From positions 1-64,000 of the forward strand of contig JAYWIR010000146.1 in the NCBI GenBank assembly GCA_036172245.1: a stretch of 64,000 nucleotides of DNA, in the 5' to 3' direction. Below, one piece after another: positions 24,130 through 38,449 of the stretch. The DNA is from Raillietiella orientalis (taxonomy: Eukaryota). Position numbers and translations under genes: made by a program. Numbering within the stretch: the stretch's first letter is position 1; every line of letters begins with the position of its first letter. Under the pieces are notes generated by a model. It worked only from the letters and a program-made list of their open reading frames with translations. It had not been told where the DNA came from and did no database searches.

Positions 24130-27100
24130 TTGATTAGGGTGGGACACTTTGCACTCCGTATTGTTTTCATGGCAACCACTGTCGGAATTAGAAATAGAAT
24201 TATTTAATTCGATCTGATTCATAGTGTGGTACAAATTTCCATCTTTTGCTGGTTTGTAATCAATTCGAAGTGAGGAGATTTCACCATGCACTGTTGCGCT
24301 TTTTCACGAAGCATCCGTTGGCAGCCCGTGGCAATCTCCCTTCATGGAAAGACGCACCGCCTTACGATTTCCTGGATTCAGAGGTGGAATAAAAAAAGTC
24401 CCACATTTGATTAGGGTGGGACACTTTGCATTCCGTGTTGTTTTCATGGCAACCATTCGGAATGAGAAGGGGAATTTTTTTATTCGATCTGAATCATTTT
24501 ATGGTACAAATTTACATCTTTTGCTGGTTTGTAATCAATTCGAAGTGAGGAGATTTCACCATGCACTCTTGCGCTTTTTCACGAAGCATCCGTTGGCAGC
24601 GCGAGGCAATCTACCGTCATGGATAACCGCACCACCTTGCGATTTCCTGGTTTCAGAAAAGGATTAAGAAAAGTCCGACATTTGATTAGGCTAGGGCACT
24701 TTGCACACCGTGTTGTTTCGATGGGAACCACTGTCGGAGTTAAAAAGTGAATTTTTTTATTCGATCTCATTCACGGTATGGTATAAATTTACATCTTTTG
24801 GTGGTTTGTAATCTATTCGTAGTACGGTGATTCCACCATTGCACTTTTGCGCTTCTTCACGAAGCATCCGTTGGCAGCACGTGGAAATCTACCGGCATGG
24901 ATCACCACACTACCTTGCGATTTCCTGCGTTTAGAGGTGGATCAAGAAAAGTCCGACGTTTGATTAGTGTGGGACACTTTGCACTCCGTGTTGTTTTGAA
25001 AACAACAACTGTCGGAGTTAAAAAGTGAATTTTTTAATTCGATCTGATTCATAGTATGGTATAAATTTACATCTTTTGCTGGTTTGTAATCAATTAGAAG
25101 TGAGGAGATTTCACCATGCACTGTTGCGCTTTTTCACGAAGCATCCGTTGGCAGCCCGTGGCAATCTCCCTTCATGGAAAGACGCACCGCTTTGCGATTC
25201 CCTGGATTCAGAGATGGAATAAAAAAAGTCCCACATTTGATTAGGGTGGGACACTTTGCATTCCGTGTTGTTTTCATGGCAACCATTCGGAATGAGAAGG
25301 GGAATTTTTTTATTCGATCTGAATCATTTTATGGTACAAATTTACATCTTTTGCTGGTTTGTAATCAATTCGAAATGAGGAGATTTCACCATGCACTCTT
25401 GCGCTTTTTCACGAAGCATCCGTTGGCAGAACGTGGTAATCTACCGGCATCGCTCACCACACTACCTTGCGATTTCCTGCGTTTAGAGGTGGATTAAGAA
25501 AGGTCCGACATTTGATTAGGGTGGGACACTTTGCACTCCGTGTTGTTTTGATAACAACCACTGTCGGAGTTAAAAAGTTATTTTTTTAATTCGATCTGAT
25601 TCACGTTATAATATAAATTTACATCCTTTGCTGGATTGCAATCAATTCGAAGTGAGGAGATTTCAACATGCACTGTTGCGCTTTTTCACGAAGCATCCGT
25701 TGGCAGCGCGAGGCAATCTACCGTAATGGATAACCGCACTATCATGCGATTTCCTGGTTTCAGAGGTGGATTAAGAAAAGTGCGACATTTGATTAGGGTG
25801 GGACACTTTGCACTCCGTATTGTTTTCATGGCAACCACTGTCGGAATTAGAAATAAAATTATTTAATTCGATCTGATTCTTAGTGTGGTACGAATTTCCA
25901 TCTTTTGCTGGTTTGTAATCAATTCGAAGTGAGGAGATTTCACCATGCACTGTTGCGCTTTTTCACGAAGCATCCGTTGGCAGCCCGTGGCAATCTCCCT
26001 TCATGGAAAGACGCACCGCCTTGCGATTTCCTGGATTCAGAGGTGGAATAAAAAAAGTCCCACATTTGATTAGGGTGGGACACTTTGCATTCCGTGTTGT
26101 TTTCATGGCAACCATTCGGAATGAGAAGGGGAATTTTTTTATTCGATCTGAATCATTTTATGGTACAAATTTACATCTTTTGCTGGTTTGTAATCAATTC
26201 GAAGTGAGGAGATTTCACCATGCACTCTTGCGCTTTTTCACGAAGCATCCGTTGGCAGCGCGAGGCAATCTACCGTCATGGATAACCGCACCACCTTGCG
26301 ATTTCCTGGTTTCAGAAAAGGATTAAGAAAAGTCCGACATTTGATTAGGCTGGGGCACTTTGCACACCGTGTTGTTTCGATGGGAACCACTGTCGGAGTT
26401 AAAAAGTGAATTTTTTTATTCGATCTCATTCACGGTATGGTATAAATTTACATCTTTTGGTGGTTTGTAATCTATTCGTAGTACGGTGATTCCACCATTG
26501 CACTTTTGCGCTTCTTCACGAAGCATCCGTTGGCAGCACGTGGAAATCTACCGGCATGGATCACCACACTACCTTGCGATTTCCTGCGTTTAGAGGTGGA
26601 TCAAGAAAAGTCCGACGTTTGATTAGTGGGACACTTTGCACTCCGTGTTGTTTTGAAAACAACAACTGTCGGAGTTAAAAAGTGAATTTTTTAATTCGAT
26701 CTGATTCATAGTATGGTATAAATTTACATCTTTTGCTGGTTTGTAATCAATTAGAAGTGAGGAGATTTCACCATGCACTGTTGCGCTTTTTCACGAAGCA
26801 TCCGTTGGCAGCCCGTGGCAATCTCCCTTCATGGAAAGACGCACCGCTTTGCGATTCCCTGGATTCAGAGATGGAATAAAAAAAGTCCCACATTTGATTA
26901 GGGTGGGACACTTTGCATTCCGTGTTGTTTTCATGGCAACCATTCGGAATGAGAAGGGGAATTTTTTTATTCGATCTGAATCATTTTATGGTACAAATTT
27001 ACATCTTTTGCTGGTTTGTAATCAATTCGAAATGAGGAGATTTCACCATGCACTCTTGCGCTTTTTCACGAAGCATCCGTTGGCAGAACGTGGTAATCTA

Positions 27101-29120
27101 CCGGCATCGCTCACCACACTACCTTGCGATTTCCTGCGTTTAGAGGTGGATTAAGAAAGGTCCGACATTTGATTAGGGTGGGACACTTTGCACTCCGTGT
27201 TGTTTTGATAACAACCACTGTCGGAGTTAAAAAGTTATTTTTTTAATTCGATCTGATTCACGTTATAATATAAATTTACATCCTTTGCTGGATTGCAATC
27301 AATTCGAAGTGAGGAGATTTCAACATGCACTGTTGCGCTTTTTCACGAAGCATCCGTTGGCAGCGCGAGGCAATCTACCGTAATGGATAACCGCACTATC
27401 ATGCGATTTCCTGGTTTCAGAGGTGGATTAAGAAAAGTGCGACATTTGATTAGGGTGGGACACTTTGCACTCCGTATTGTTTTCATGGCAACCACTGTCG
27501 GAATTAGAAATAAAATTATTTAATTCGATCTGATTCTTAGTGTGGTACGAATTTCCATCTTTTGCTGGTTTGTAATCAATTCGAAGTGAGGAGATTTCAC
27601 CATGCACTGTTGCGCTTTTTCACGAAGCATCCGTTGGCAGCCCGTGGCAATCTCCCTTCATGGAAAGACGCACCGCCTTGCGATTTCCTGGATTCAGAGG
27701 TGGAATAAAAAAAGTCCCACATTTGATTAGGGTGGGACACTTTGCATTCCGTGTTGTTTTCATGGCAACCATTCGGAATGAGAAGGGGAATTTTTTTATT
27801 CGATCTGAATCATTTTATGGTACAAATTTACATCTTTTGCTGGTTTGTAATCAATTCGAAGTGAGGAGATTTCACCATGCACTCTTGCGCTTTTTCACGA
27901 AGCATCCGTTGGCAGCGCGAGGCAATCTACCGTCATGTTTAACCGCACCACCTTGCGATTTCCTGGTTTCAGAAAAGGATTAAGAAAAGTCCGACATTTG
28001 ATTAGGCTGGGGCACTTTGCACACCGTGTTGTTTCGATGGGAACCACTGTCGGAGTTAAAAAGTGAATTTTTTTATTCGATCTCATTCACGGTATGGTAT
28101 AAATTTACATCTTTTGGTGGTTTGTAATCTATTCGTAGTACGGTGATTCCACCATTGCACTTTTGCGCTTCTTCACGAAGCATCCGTTGGCAGCACGTGG
28201 AAATCTACCGGCATGGATCACCACACTACCTTGCGATTTCCTGCGTTTAGAGGTGGATCAAGAAAAGTCCAACGTTTGATTAGTGTGGGACACTTTGCAC
28301 TCCGTGTTGTTTTGAAAACAACCACTGTCGGAGTTAAAAAGTGAAATTTCTAATTCGATCTGATTCATAGTATGGTATAAATTTACATCTTTTGCTGGTT
28401 TGTAATCAATTAGAAGTGAGGAGATTTCACCATGCACTGTTGCGCTTTTTCACGAAGCATCCGTTGGCAGCCCGTGGCAATCTCCCTTCATGGAAAGACG
28501 CACCGCCTTGCTATTCCCTGGATTCAGAGATGGAATAAAAAAAGTCCCACATTTGATTAGGGTGGGACACTTTGCATTCCGTGTTGTTTTCATGGCAACC
28601 ATTCGGAATGAGAAGGGGAATTTTTTTATTCGATCTGAATCATTTTATGGTACAAATTTACATCTTTTGCTGGTTTGTAATCAATTCGAAATGAGGAGAT
28701 TTCACCATGCACTCTTGCGCTTTTTCACGAAGCATCCGTTGGCAGAACGTGGAAATCTACCGGCATCGCTCACCACACTACCTTGCGATTTCCTGCGTTT
28801 AGAGGTGGATTAAGAAAGGTCCGACATCTGATTAGGGTGGGACACTTTGCACTCCGTGTTGTTTTGATAACAACCACTGTCGGAGTTAAAAAGTTATTTT
28901 TTTAATTCGATCTGATTCACGTTATAATATAAATTTACATCCTTTGCTGGATTGCAATCAATTCGAAGTGAGGAGATTTCACCATGCACTGTTGCGCTTT
29001 TTCACGAAGCATCCGTTGGCAGCGCAAGGCAATCTACCGTAATGGATAACCGCACTATCATGCGATTTCCTGGTTTCAGAGGTGGATTAAGAAAAGTGCG
29101 ACATTTGATTAGGGTGGGAC
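24130..29120. repeat. 6-monomer HOR (~1,659 bp), three tandem near-identical copies
   Basis: ORF triplets are 24344/26003/27660, 25174/26831/28490 and 25636/27293/28952. Diagnostic CCCTGGATTCAGAGATGG, CGAAATGAGG and GGATTGCAATC each recur at 1,657-1,659 spacing. A 2-bp deletion (TAGTGGG vs TAGTGTGGG, ~26625) explains the 1,657 offsets. Confidence 0.93.
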
Positions 29121-30049
29121 ACGTTGCACTCCGTGTTGTTTTCATGGCAACCACTATCGGAATTAGAAAGTGAATTATTTAATTCGATCTGAATCATTTT
29201 ATGGTACAAATTTACATCTTTTGCTGGTTTGTAATGGATTCGAAGTAAGGAGATTTCACCATTGCACTTTTGCGCTTCTTCACAAAGCATCCATTGGCAG
29301 CGCGAGGAAATCTACCTTCATAGATCACCACACTACCTTGAGATTTCCTGCGTTTAAAGGTGGATTAAGAATAGACCTACATTTCATTAGGGCGGGGCAA
29401 TTTGCAATCCGTGTTGTTGTCATGGCAACCACTGTAGGAAATGATAAGTGAATTTTTTAATTCGATCTGATTCATAGTGTGTTACAAATTTACATCTTTT
29501 GCTGGTTTGTAATCAATTCGTAGTACGGAGATTTCACGATTGCACTGTTGCGCTTTTTCACGACGCTTCCGCTGGCAGCGCGAGGCAATCTACCGTCATG
29601 GATAACCGCACCACCTTACGATTTCCTGGTTTCAGAGGTGGATTAATAAAAGTGCGACATTTGACTAGGGCGGGGCACTTTGCACTTCGTGTTCTTTTCA
29701 TGGCAACCACTGTCGGAGTTAAAAAGTGAATTTTTTAATTCGATATGATTGATTTTATGGTACAAATTTACATCTTTTGCTGGTTTGTTATCCATTCGTA
29801 GTAAGAAGATTTCACCATTGCACTGTTGCGCTTTTTCACCAAACATACGTTGGCAGTGCGAGGCAATCTACCGTCATGGATAACCGCACAACCTTCCGAT
29901 TTCCTGGTTTAAGAGGTGGATTAAGAGAAGTCCGACATTTGATTAGGGTGGGACACTTTGCACTCCGTATTGTTTTCATGGCAACCACTGTCGGAATTAG
30001 AAAGAGAATTATTTAATTCGATCTGATTCATAGTGTGGTACAAATTTCC

Positions 30050-31040
30050 ATCTTTTGCTGGTTTGTAATCAATTCGAAGTGAGGAGATTTCACCATGCAC
30101 TGTTGCGCTTTTTCACGTAGCATCCGTTGGCAGCGCGAGGCAATCTACCGTAATGGATAACCGCACCATCATGCGATTTCCTGCTTTCAGAGGTGGATTC
30201 AGAAAAGTCCGACATTTCATTAGGGCGGGGCACTTTGCACTCCGTGTTGTTTTCATGGCAACCACTATCGGAATTAGAAAGTGAATTATTTAATTCGATG
30301 TGATTCATTTTATGGTACAAATTTCCATCTTTTGCTGGTTTGTAATCAATTCGAAGTGAGGAGATTTCACCATGCACTGTTGCGCTTTTTCACGAAGCAT
30401 CCGTTGGCAGCGCGAGGCAATCTACCGTCATGGATAACCGCACCACCTTACGATTTCCTGGTTTCAGAGGTGGATTAAGAAAAGTGCGACATTTGATTAG
30501 GGTGGGACACGTTGCACTCCGTGTTGTTTTGATAACAACCACTGTCGGAGTTAAAAAGTGAATTTTTTAATTCGATCTGATTCATGCTATGGTATAAATT
30601 TACATCTTTTGCTGGTTTGTAATCAATTCGATGTGAGGAGATTTCACCATGCACTGTTGCCCTTTTTCACGTAGCATCCGTTGGCAGCGCGAGGCAATCT
30701 ACCGTAATGGATAACCGCACCATCATGCGATTTCCTGCTTTCAGAGGTGGATTCAGAAAAGTCCGACATTTCATTAGGCCGGGGCACTTTGCACTCCGTG
30801 TTGTTTTCATGGCAACCACTATCGGAATTAGAAAGTGAATTATTTAATTCGATGTGATTCATTTTATGGTACAAATTTCCATCTTTTGCTGGTTTGTAAT
30901 CAATTCGAAGTGAGGAGATTTCACCATGCACTGTTGCGCTTTTTCACGAAGCATCCGTTGGCAGCGCGAGGCAATCTACCGTCATGGATAACCGCACCAC
31001 CTTACGATTTCCTGGTTTCAGAGGTGGATTAAGAAAACTG
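30050..31040. repeat. Local 2-monomer (554-bp) period duplication
   Basis: ORF pairs 30090/30644 and 30281/30835 are offset by 554. Both copies carry the CACGTAGCATCC and CGATGTGATTC variants. Confidence 0.8.
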
Positions 31041-32102
31041 CGACATTTGATTAGGGTGGGACACGTTCCACTCCGTGTTGTTTTCATCGCTATTATTGGG
31101 AATGAGAAGGGGAATTTTTTTATTCGATCTGAATCATTTTAAGGTACAAATTTACATCTTTTGCTGGTTTGTAAAGAATTCGAAGTAACGAGATTTCACC
31201 ATTGCACTTTTGCGCTTCTTCACGAAGCATCCTTTGGCACCGCGAGGAAATCTACCGGCATGGATCACCACACTACCTTGCGATTTCCTGCGTTTAGAGG
31301 TGGATGAAGAACAGTCCGACATTTCATTAGGGCGGGGCACTTTGCACGCCGTGTTGTTTTCATGGCAACCACTGTCGGAATTGAAATGCGAATTATTTAA
31401 TTCGATCTGATTCACGGTATGGTATAAATTTACATCTTTTGCTGGTTTGTAATCAATTCGTAGTACGGAGATTTCACCATTGCACTTTTGCGCTTCTTCA
31501 CGAAGCATCCGTTGGCAGCGCGAGGAAATCTACCGGCATGGATCACCACACTACCTTGCGATTTCCTGCGTTTAGAGGTGGATGAAGAACAGTCCGACAT
31601 TTCATTAGGGCGGGGCACTTTGCACGCCGTGTTGTTTTCATGGCAACCACTGTCGGAATTGAAGTGCGAAATATTTAATTCGATCTGATTCACGGTATGG
31701 TATAAATTTACATCTTTTGCTGGTTTGTAATCAATTCGAAGTGAGGAGATTTCACCATGCACTGTTGCGCTTTTTCACGTAGCATCCGTTGGCAGCGCGA
31801 GGCAATCTACCGTAATGGATAACCGCACCATCATGCGATTTCCTACTTTCAGAGGTGGAGTCAGAAAAGTCCGACATTTCATTAGGGCGGGGCACTTTGC
31901 ACTCCGTGTTGTTTTCATGGCAACCACTATCGGAATTAGAAAGTGAATTATTTAATTCGATGTGATTCATTTTATGGTACAAATTTCCATCTTTTGCTGG
32001 TTTGTAATCAATTCGAAGTGAGGAGATTTCACCATGCACTGTTGCGCTTTTTCACGAAGCATCCGTTGGCAGCGCGAGGCAATCTACCTTCATAGATCAC
32101 CA

Positions 32103-35100
32103 CACTACCTTGAGATTTCCTGAGTTTCAAGGTGGATGAAGAATAGTCCGACATTTCATTAGGGCGGGGCACTTTGCAATCCGTGGTATTTTCATGGCAA
32201 CCACTGTCGGAATTGAAAAGTGAATTATTTAATTCGATCTGAATCATTTTAAGGTACAAATTTACATCTTTTGCTGGTTTGTAATGAATTCGAAGTAACG
32301 AGATTTCACCATTGCACTTTTGCGCTTCTTCACGAAGCATCCTTTGGCAGCGCGAGGAAATCTACCGGCATAGATCACCACACTACCTTGAGATTTCCTG
32401 CGTTTAGAGGTGGATGAAGAATAGTCCGACATTTCATTAGGGCGGGGCACTTTGCTCGCCGTGTTGTTTTCATGGCAACCACTGTCGGAATTGAAGTGCG
32501 AAATATTTATTCGATCTGATCCACGGTATGGTATAAATTTACATCTTTTGCTGGTTTGTAATCAATTCGAAGTGAGGAGATTTCACCATGCACTCTTGCG
32601 CTTTTTCACGAAGCATCCGTTGGCAGCCCGAGGCAATCTACCGTCATGGATAACCGCACCACCTTGCGATTTCGTGGTTTCAGAGGAGGATTAAGAAAAG
32701 TCCGACATTTGATTAGGCTGGGGCACTTTGCACACCGTGTTGTTTCGATGGGAACCACTCTCGGAGTTCAAAAGTGAATTTTTTTATTCGATCTCATTCA
32801 CGGTATGGTATAAATTTACATCTTTTGGTGGTTTGTAATCTATTCGTAGTACGGTGAATCCACCATTGCACTTTTGCGCTTCTCCACGAAGCATCCGTTG
32901 GCAGAACGTGGAAATCTACCGGCATCGATCACCACACTACCTTGCGATTTCCTGCGTTTAGAGGTGGATTAAGAAAGGTCCGACATTTGATTAGGGTGGT
33001 ACACTTTGCACTCCGTGTTGTTTTGATAACAACCACTGTCGGAGTTAAAAAGTTATTTTTTTAATTCGATCTGATTCACGTTATAATATGAATTTACATC
33101 CTTTGCTGGTCTGCAATCAATTCGAAGTGAGGAGATTTCACCATGCACTGTTGCGCTTTTTCACGAAGCATCCGTTGGCAGCGCGAGGCAATCTACCGTC
33201 ATGGATAACCGCACAACCTTCCGATTTCCTAGTTTCAGAGGTGGATTAAGAAAAGTACGACATTTGATTAGAGTGGGACACGTTGCACTCCGTGTTGTTT
33301 TGATAACAACCACTGTCGGAGTTAAAAAGTGAATTTTTTAATTCGATCTGATTCATGGTATGGTATAAATTTACATCTTTTGCTGGTTTGTAATCAATTC
33401 GAAGTGAGGAGATTTCACCATGCACTGTTGCGCTTTTTCACGAAGCATCCGTTGGCAGCGCGAGGCAATCTACCGTCATGGATAACCGCACAACCTTCCG
33501 ATTTCCTGGTTTCAGAGGTGGATTAAGAAAAGTGCGACATTTGATTAGGGTGGGACACGTTGCACTCCGTGTTGTTTTCATGGCAACCACTATCGGATTT
33601 ACATAGTGAATTATTTAATTCGATCTGAATCATTTTATGGTACAAATTTACATCTTTTGCTGGTTTGTAATGGATTCGAAGTAAGGAGATTTCACCATTG
33701 CACTTTTGCGCTTCTTCACGAAGCATCCATTGGCAGCGCGAGGAAATCTACCTTCATAGATCACCACACTACCTTGAGATTTCCTGAGTTTCAAGGTGGA
33801 TGAAGAATAGTCCGACATTTCATTAGGGCGGGGCACTTTGCAATCCGTGTTGTTTTCATGGCAACCACTGTCGGAATTGAAAAGTGAATTATTTAATTCG
33901 ATCTGATTCACGGTATGGTATAAATTTACATCTTTTGCTGATTTGTAATCAATTCGAAGTGAAGACATTTCACCATGCACTCTTGCGCTCCTTCACGAAG
34001 CATCCGTTGGCAGCCCGTGGCAATCTCCCGTCATGGAAAAACGCACCACCTTGCGATTTCCTGGATTCAGAGGTGGATTAAAAAAAGTCCCACATTTGAT
34101 TAGGGTGGGACACTTTGCATTCCGTGTTGTTTTCATCGCAACCATTCGGAATGAGAAAGGGAATTTTTTTATTCCATCTGAATCATTTTATGGTACAAAT
34201 TTACATCTTTTGCTGGTTTGTAATGAATTCGAAGTAAGGAGATTTCACCACTGCACTTTTGCGCTTCTTCACGAAGCATCCATAGGCAGCGCGAGGAAAT
34301 CTACCGGCATAGATCACCACACTACCTTGAGAGTTCCTGCGTTTAAAGGTGGATTAAGAATAGTCCGACATTTCATTAGGGCGGGGCAATTTGCAATCCG
34401 TGTTGTTGTCATGGCAACCACTGTAGGAAATGATAAGTGAATTTTTTAATTCGATCTGATTCATAGTGTGTTACAAATTTACATCTTTTGCTGGTTTGTA
34501 ATCAATTCGTAGTACGGAGATTTCACGATTGCACTGTTGCGCTTTTTCACGACGCTTCCGCTGGCAGCGCGAGGCAATCTACCGTCATGGATAACCGCAC
34601 CACCTTACGATTTCCTGGTTTCAGAGGTGGATTAATAAAAGTGCGACATTTGACTAGGGCGGGGCACTTTGCACTTCGTGTTGTTTTCATGGCAACCACT
34701 GTCGGAGTTAAAAAGTGAATTTTTTAATTCGATATGATACATTTTATGGTACAAATTTACATCTTTTGTTGGTTTGTTATCCATTCGTAGTAAGGAGACT
34801 TCACCATTGCACTGTTGCGCTTTTTCACGAAACATACGTTGGCAGTGCGAGGCAATCTATTGTCATGGGTAACCGCACAACCTTCCGATTTCCTGGTTTA
34901 AGAGGTGGATTAAGAGAAGTCCGACATTTGATTAGGGTGGGACACTTTGCACTCCGTATTGTTTTCATGGCAACCACTGTCGGAATTAGAAATAGAATTA
35001 TTTAATTCGATCTGATTCATAGTGTGGTACAAATTTCCATCTTTTGCTGGTTTGTAATCAATTCGAAGTGAGGAGATTTCACCATGCACTGTTGCGCTTT

Positions 35101-37995
35101 TTCACGAAGCATCCGTTGGCAGCCCGTGGCAATCTCCCTTCATGGAAAGACGCACCGCCTTACGATTTCCTGGATTCAGAGGTGGAATAAAAAAAGTCCC
35201 ACATTTGATTAGGGTGGGACACTTTGCATTCCGTGTTGTTTTCATGGCAACCATTCGGAATGAGAAGGGGAATATTTTTATTCGATCTGAATCATTTTAT
35301 TGTACAAATTTACATCTTTTGCTGGTTTGTAATCAATTCGAAGTGAGGAGATTTCACCATGCACTCTTGCGCTTTTTCACGAAGCATCCGTTGGCAGCGC
35401 GAGGCAATCTACCGTCATGGATAACCGCACCACCTTGCGATTTCCTGGTTTCAGAAAAGGATTAAGAAAAGTCCGACATTTGATTAGGCTAGGGCACTTT
35501 GCACACCGTGTTGTTTCGATGGGAACCACTGTCGGAGTTAAAAAGTGAATTTTTTTATTCGATCTCATTCACGGTATGGTATAAATTTACATCTTTTGGT
35601 GGTCTGTAATCTATTCGTAGTACGGTGATTCCACCATTGCACTTTTGCGCTTCTTCACGAAGCATCCGTTGGCAGCACGTGGAAATCTACCGGCATGGAT
35701 CACCACACTACCTTGCGATTTCCTGCGTTTAGAGGTGGATTAACAAAAGTATGACATTTGATTAGGGTGGGACACTTTGCACTCCGTGTTGTTTTGAAAA
35801 CAACCACTGTCGGAGTTAAAAAGTGAATTTTTTAATTCGATCTGATTCATGGTATGGTATAAATTTACATCTTTTGCTGGTTTGTAATCAATTAGAAGTG
35901 AGGAGATTTCACCATGCACTGTTGCGCTTTTTCAAGAAGCATCCGTTGCAGCGCGAGGCAATCTACCGTCATGGATAACCGCACCACCTTACGATTTCCT
36001 GGTTTCAGAGGTGGATTAAGAAAAGTGCGACATTTGATTAGGGTGGGACACGTTGCACTCCGTGTTCTTTTCATGGCAACCACTGTCGGAGTTAAAAAGT
36101 GAATTTTTTAATTCGATATGATTCATTTTATGGTACAAATTTACATATTTTGCTGGTTTGTTATCCATTCGTAGTAAGGAGATTTTACCATTGCACTGTT
36201 GCGCTTTTTCACGAAACATACGTTGGCAGTGCGAGGCAATCTACCGTCATGGATAACCGCACAACCTTCCGATTTCCTGGTTTAAGAGGTGGATTAAGAG
36301 AAGTCCGACATTTGATTAGGGTGGGACACTTTGCACTCCGTATTGTTTTCATGGCAACCACTGTCGGAATTAGAAAGAGAATTATTTAATTCGATCTCAT
36401 TCATAGTGTGGTACAAATTTCCATCTTTTGCTGGTTTGTAATCAATTCGAAGTGAGGAGATTTCACCATGCACTGTTGCGCTTTTTCACGAAGCATCCGT
36501 TGGCAGCGCGAGGCAATCTACCGTCATGGATAACCGCACCACCTTGCGATTTCCTGGCTTCAGAAAAGGATTAAGAAAAGTCCGACATTTGATTAGGCTG
36601 GGGCACTTTGCACACCGTGTTGTTTCGATGGGAACCACTGTCGGAGTTAAAAAGTGAATTTTTTTATTCGATCTCATTCACGGTATGGTATAAATTTACA
36701 TCTTTTATTGGTTTGTAATCTATTCATAGTACGGTGATTACACCATTGCACTTTTGCGCTTCTTCACGAAGCATCCGTTGGCAGCACGTGGGAATATACC
36801 GGCATGGATCACCACACTACCTTGCGATTTCCTGCGTTTAGAGGTGGATTAAGAAAAGTCCGACATTTGATTAGGGTGGGACACTTTGCACTCCGTGTTG
36901 TTTTGAAAACAACCACTGTCGGAATTAAAAAGTGAATTTTTTAATTCGATCTGATTCATGGTATGGTATAAATTCACATCTTTTGCTGGTTTGTAATCAA
37001 TTAGAAGTGAGGAGATTTCACCATGCACTGTTGCGCTTTTTCAAGAAGCATCCGTTGCAGCGCGAGGCAATCTACCGTCATGGATAACCGCACCATCATG
37101 CGTTTTCCTGCTTTCAGAGGTGGATTCAGAAAAGTCCGACATTTCATTAGGGCGGGGCACTTTGAACTCCTTGTTGTTTTCATGGCAACCACTATCGGAA
37201 TTAGAAAGTGAATTATTTAATTCGATCTGATTCATTTTATGGTACAAATTTCCATCTTTCGCTGGTTTGGAATCAATTCGAAGTGAGGAGATTTCACCAT
37301 GCACTGTTGCGCTTTTTCACGAAGCATCCGTTGGCAGCCCGTGGCAATCTCCCTTCATGGATAACCGCACCACCTTGCGATTTCCTGGTTTCAGAAAAGG
37401 ATTAAGAAAAGTCCGACATTTGATTAGGCTGGGGCACTTTGCACACCGTGTTGTTTTGATAACAACCACTGTCGGACTTAAAAAGTGAATTTTTTAATTC
37501 GATCTCATTCACGGTATGGTATAAATTTACATCTTTTATTGGTTTGTAATCTATTCATAGTACGGTGATTCCACCATTGCACTTTTGCGCTTCTTCACGA
37601 AGCATCCGTTGGCAGCACGTGGAAATATACCGGCATGGATCACCACACTACCTTGCGATTTCCTGCGTTTAGAGGTGGATTAAGAAAAGTCCGACATTTG
37701 ATTAGGGTGGGACACTTTGCACTCCGTGTTGTTTTGAAAACAACCACTGTCGGAATTAAAAAGTGAATTTTTTAATTCGATCTGATTCATGGTATGGTAT
37801 AAATTTACATCTTTTGCTGGTTTGTAATCAATTAGAAGTGAGGAGATTTCACCATGCACGGTTGCGCTTTTTCAAGAAGCATCCGTTGCAGCGCGAGGCA
37901 ATCTACCGTCATGGATAACCGCACCATCATGCGATTTCCTGCTTTCAGAGGTGGATTCAGAAAAGTCCGACATTTCATTAGGGCGGGGCACTTTG
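32103..37995. repeat. ~5.9-kb (~21-monomer) block, copy 1 of a long-range duplication (copy 2 at ~56995-62887)
   Basis: A constant offset of 24,892 holds for ORF pairs 32262/57154, 33329/58221, 34033/58925, 35142/60034, 36099/60991, 37267/62159 and 37832/62724. Shared private variants include CCGTGGTATTTTC, TTTGCTCGCC, GGATTTACATAGTG and GGAGACTTCACC. Confidence 0.93.
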
Positions 37996-38449
37996 CACTG
38001 CGTGTTGTTTTCATGGCAACCACTATCGGAATTAGAAAGTGAATTATTTAATTCGATCTGATTCATTTTATGGTACAAATTTCCATCTTTCGCTGGTTTG
38101 TAATCAATTCGAAGTGAGGAGATTTCACCATGCACTGTTGCGCTTTTTCACGAAGCATCCCTTGGCAGCGCGAGGCAATCTACCGTCATGGATAACCGCA
38201 CCACCTTACGATTTCCTGGTTTCAGAGGTGGATTAAGAAAAGTCCGACATTTGATTAGGGTGGGACACGTTGCACTCCGTATTGTTTTCATGGCAACCAC
38301 TATCGGAATTAGAAAGTGAATTATTTAATTCGATCTGATTCATTTTATGGTACAAATTTACATCTTTTGCTGGTTTGTAATCAATTCGAAGTACGGAGAT
38401 TTCACCATGCACTGTTGCGCTTTTTCACGAAGCATCCGTTGGCAGCGCG

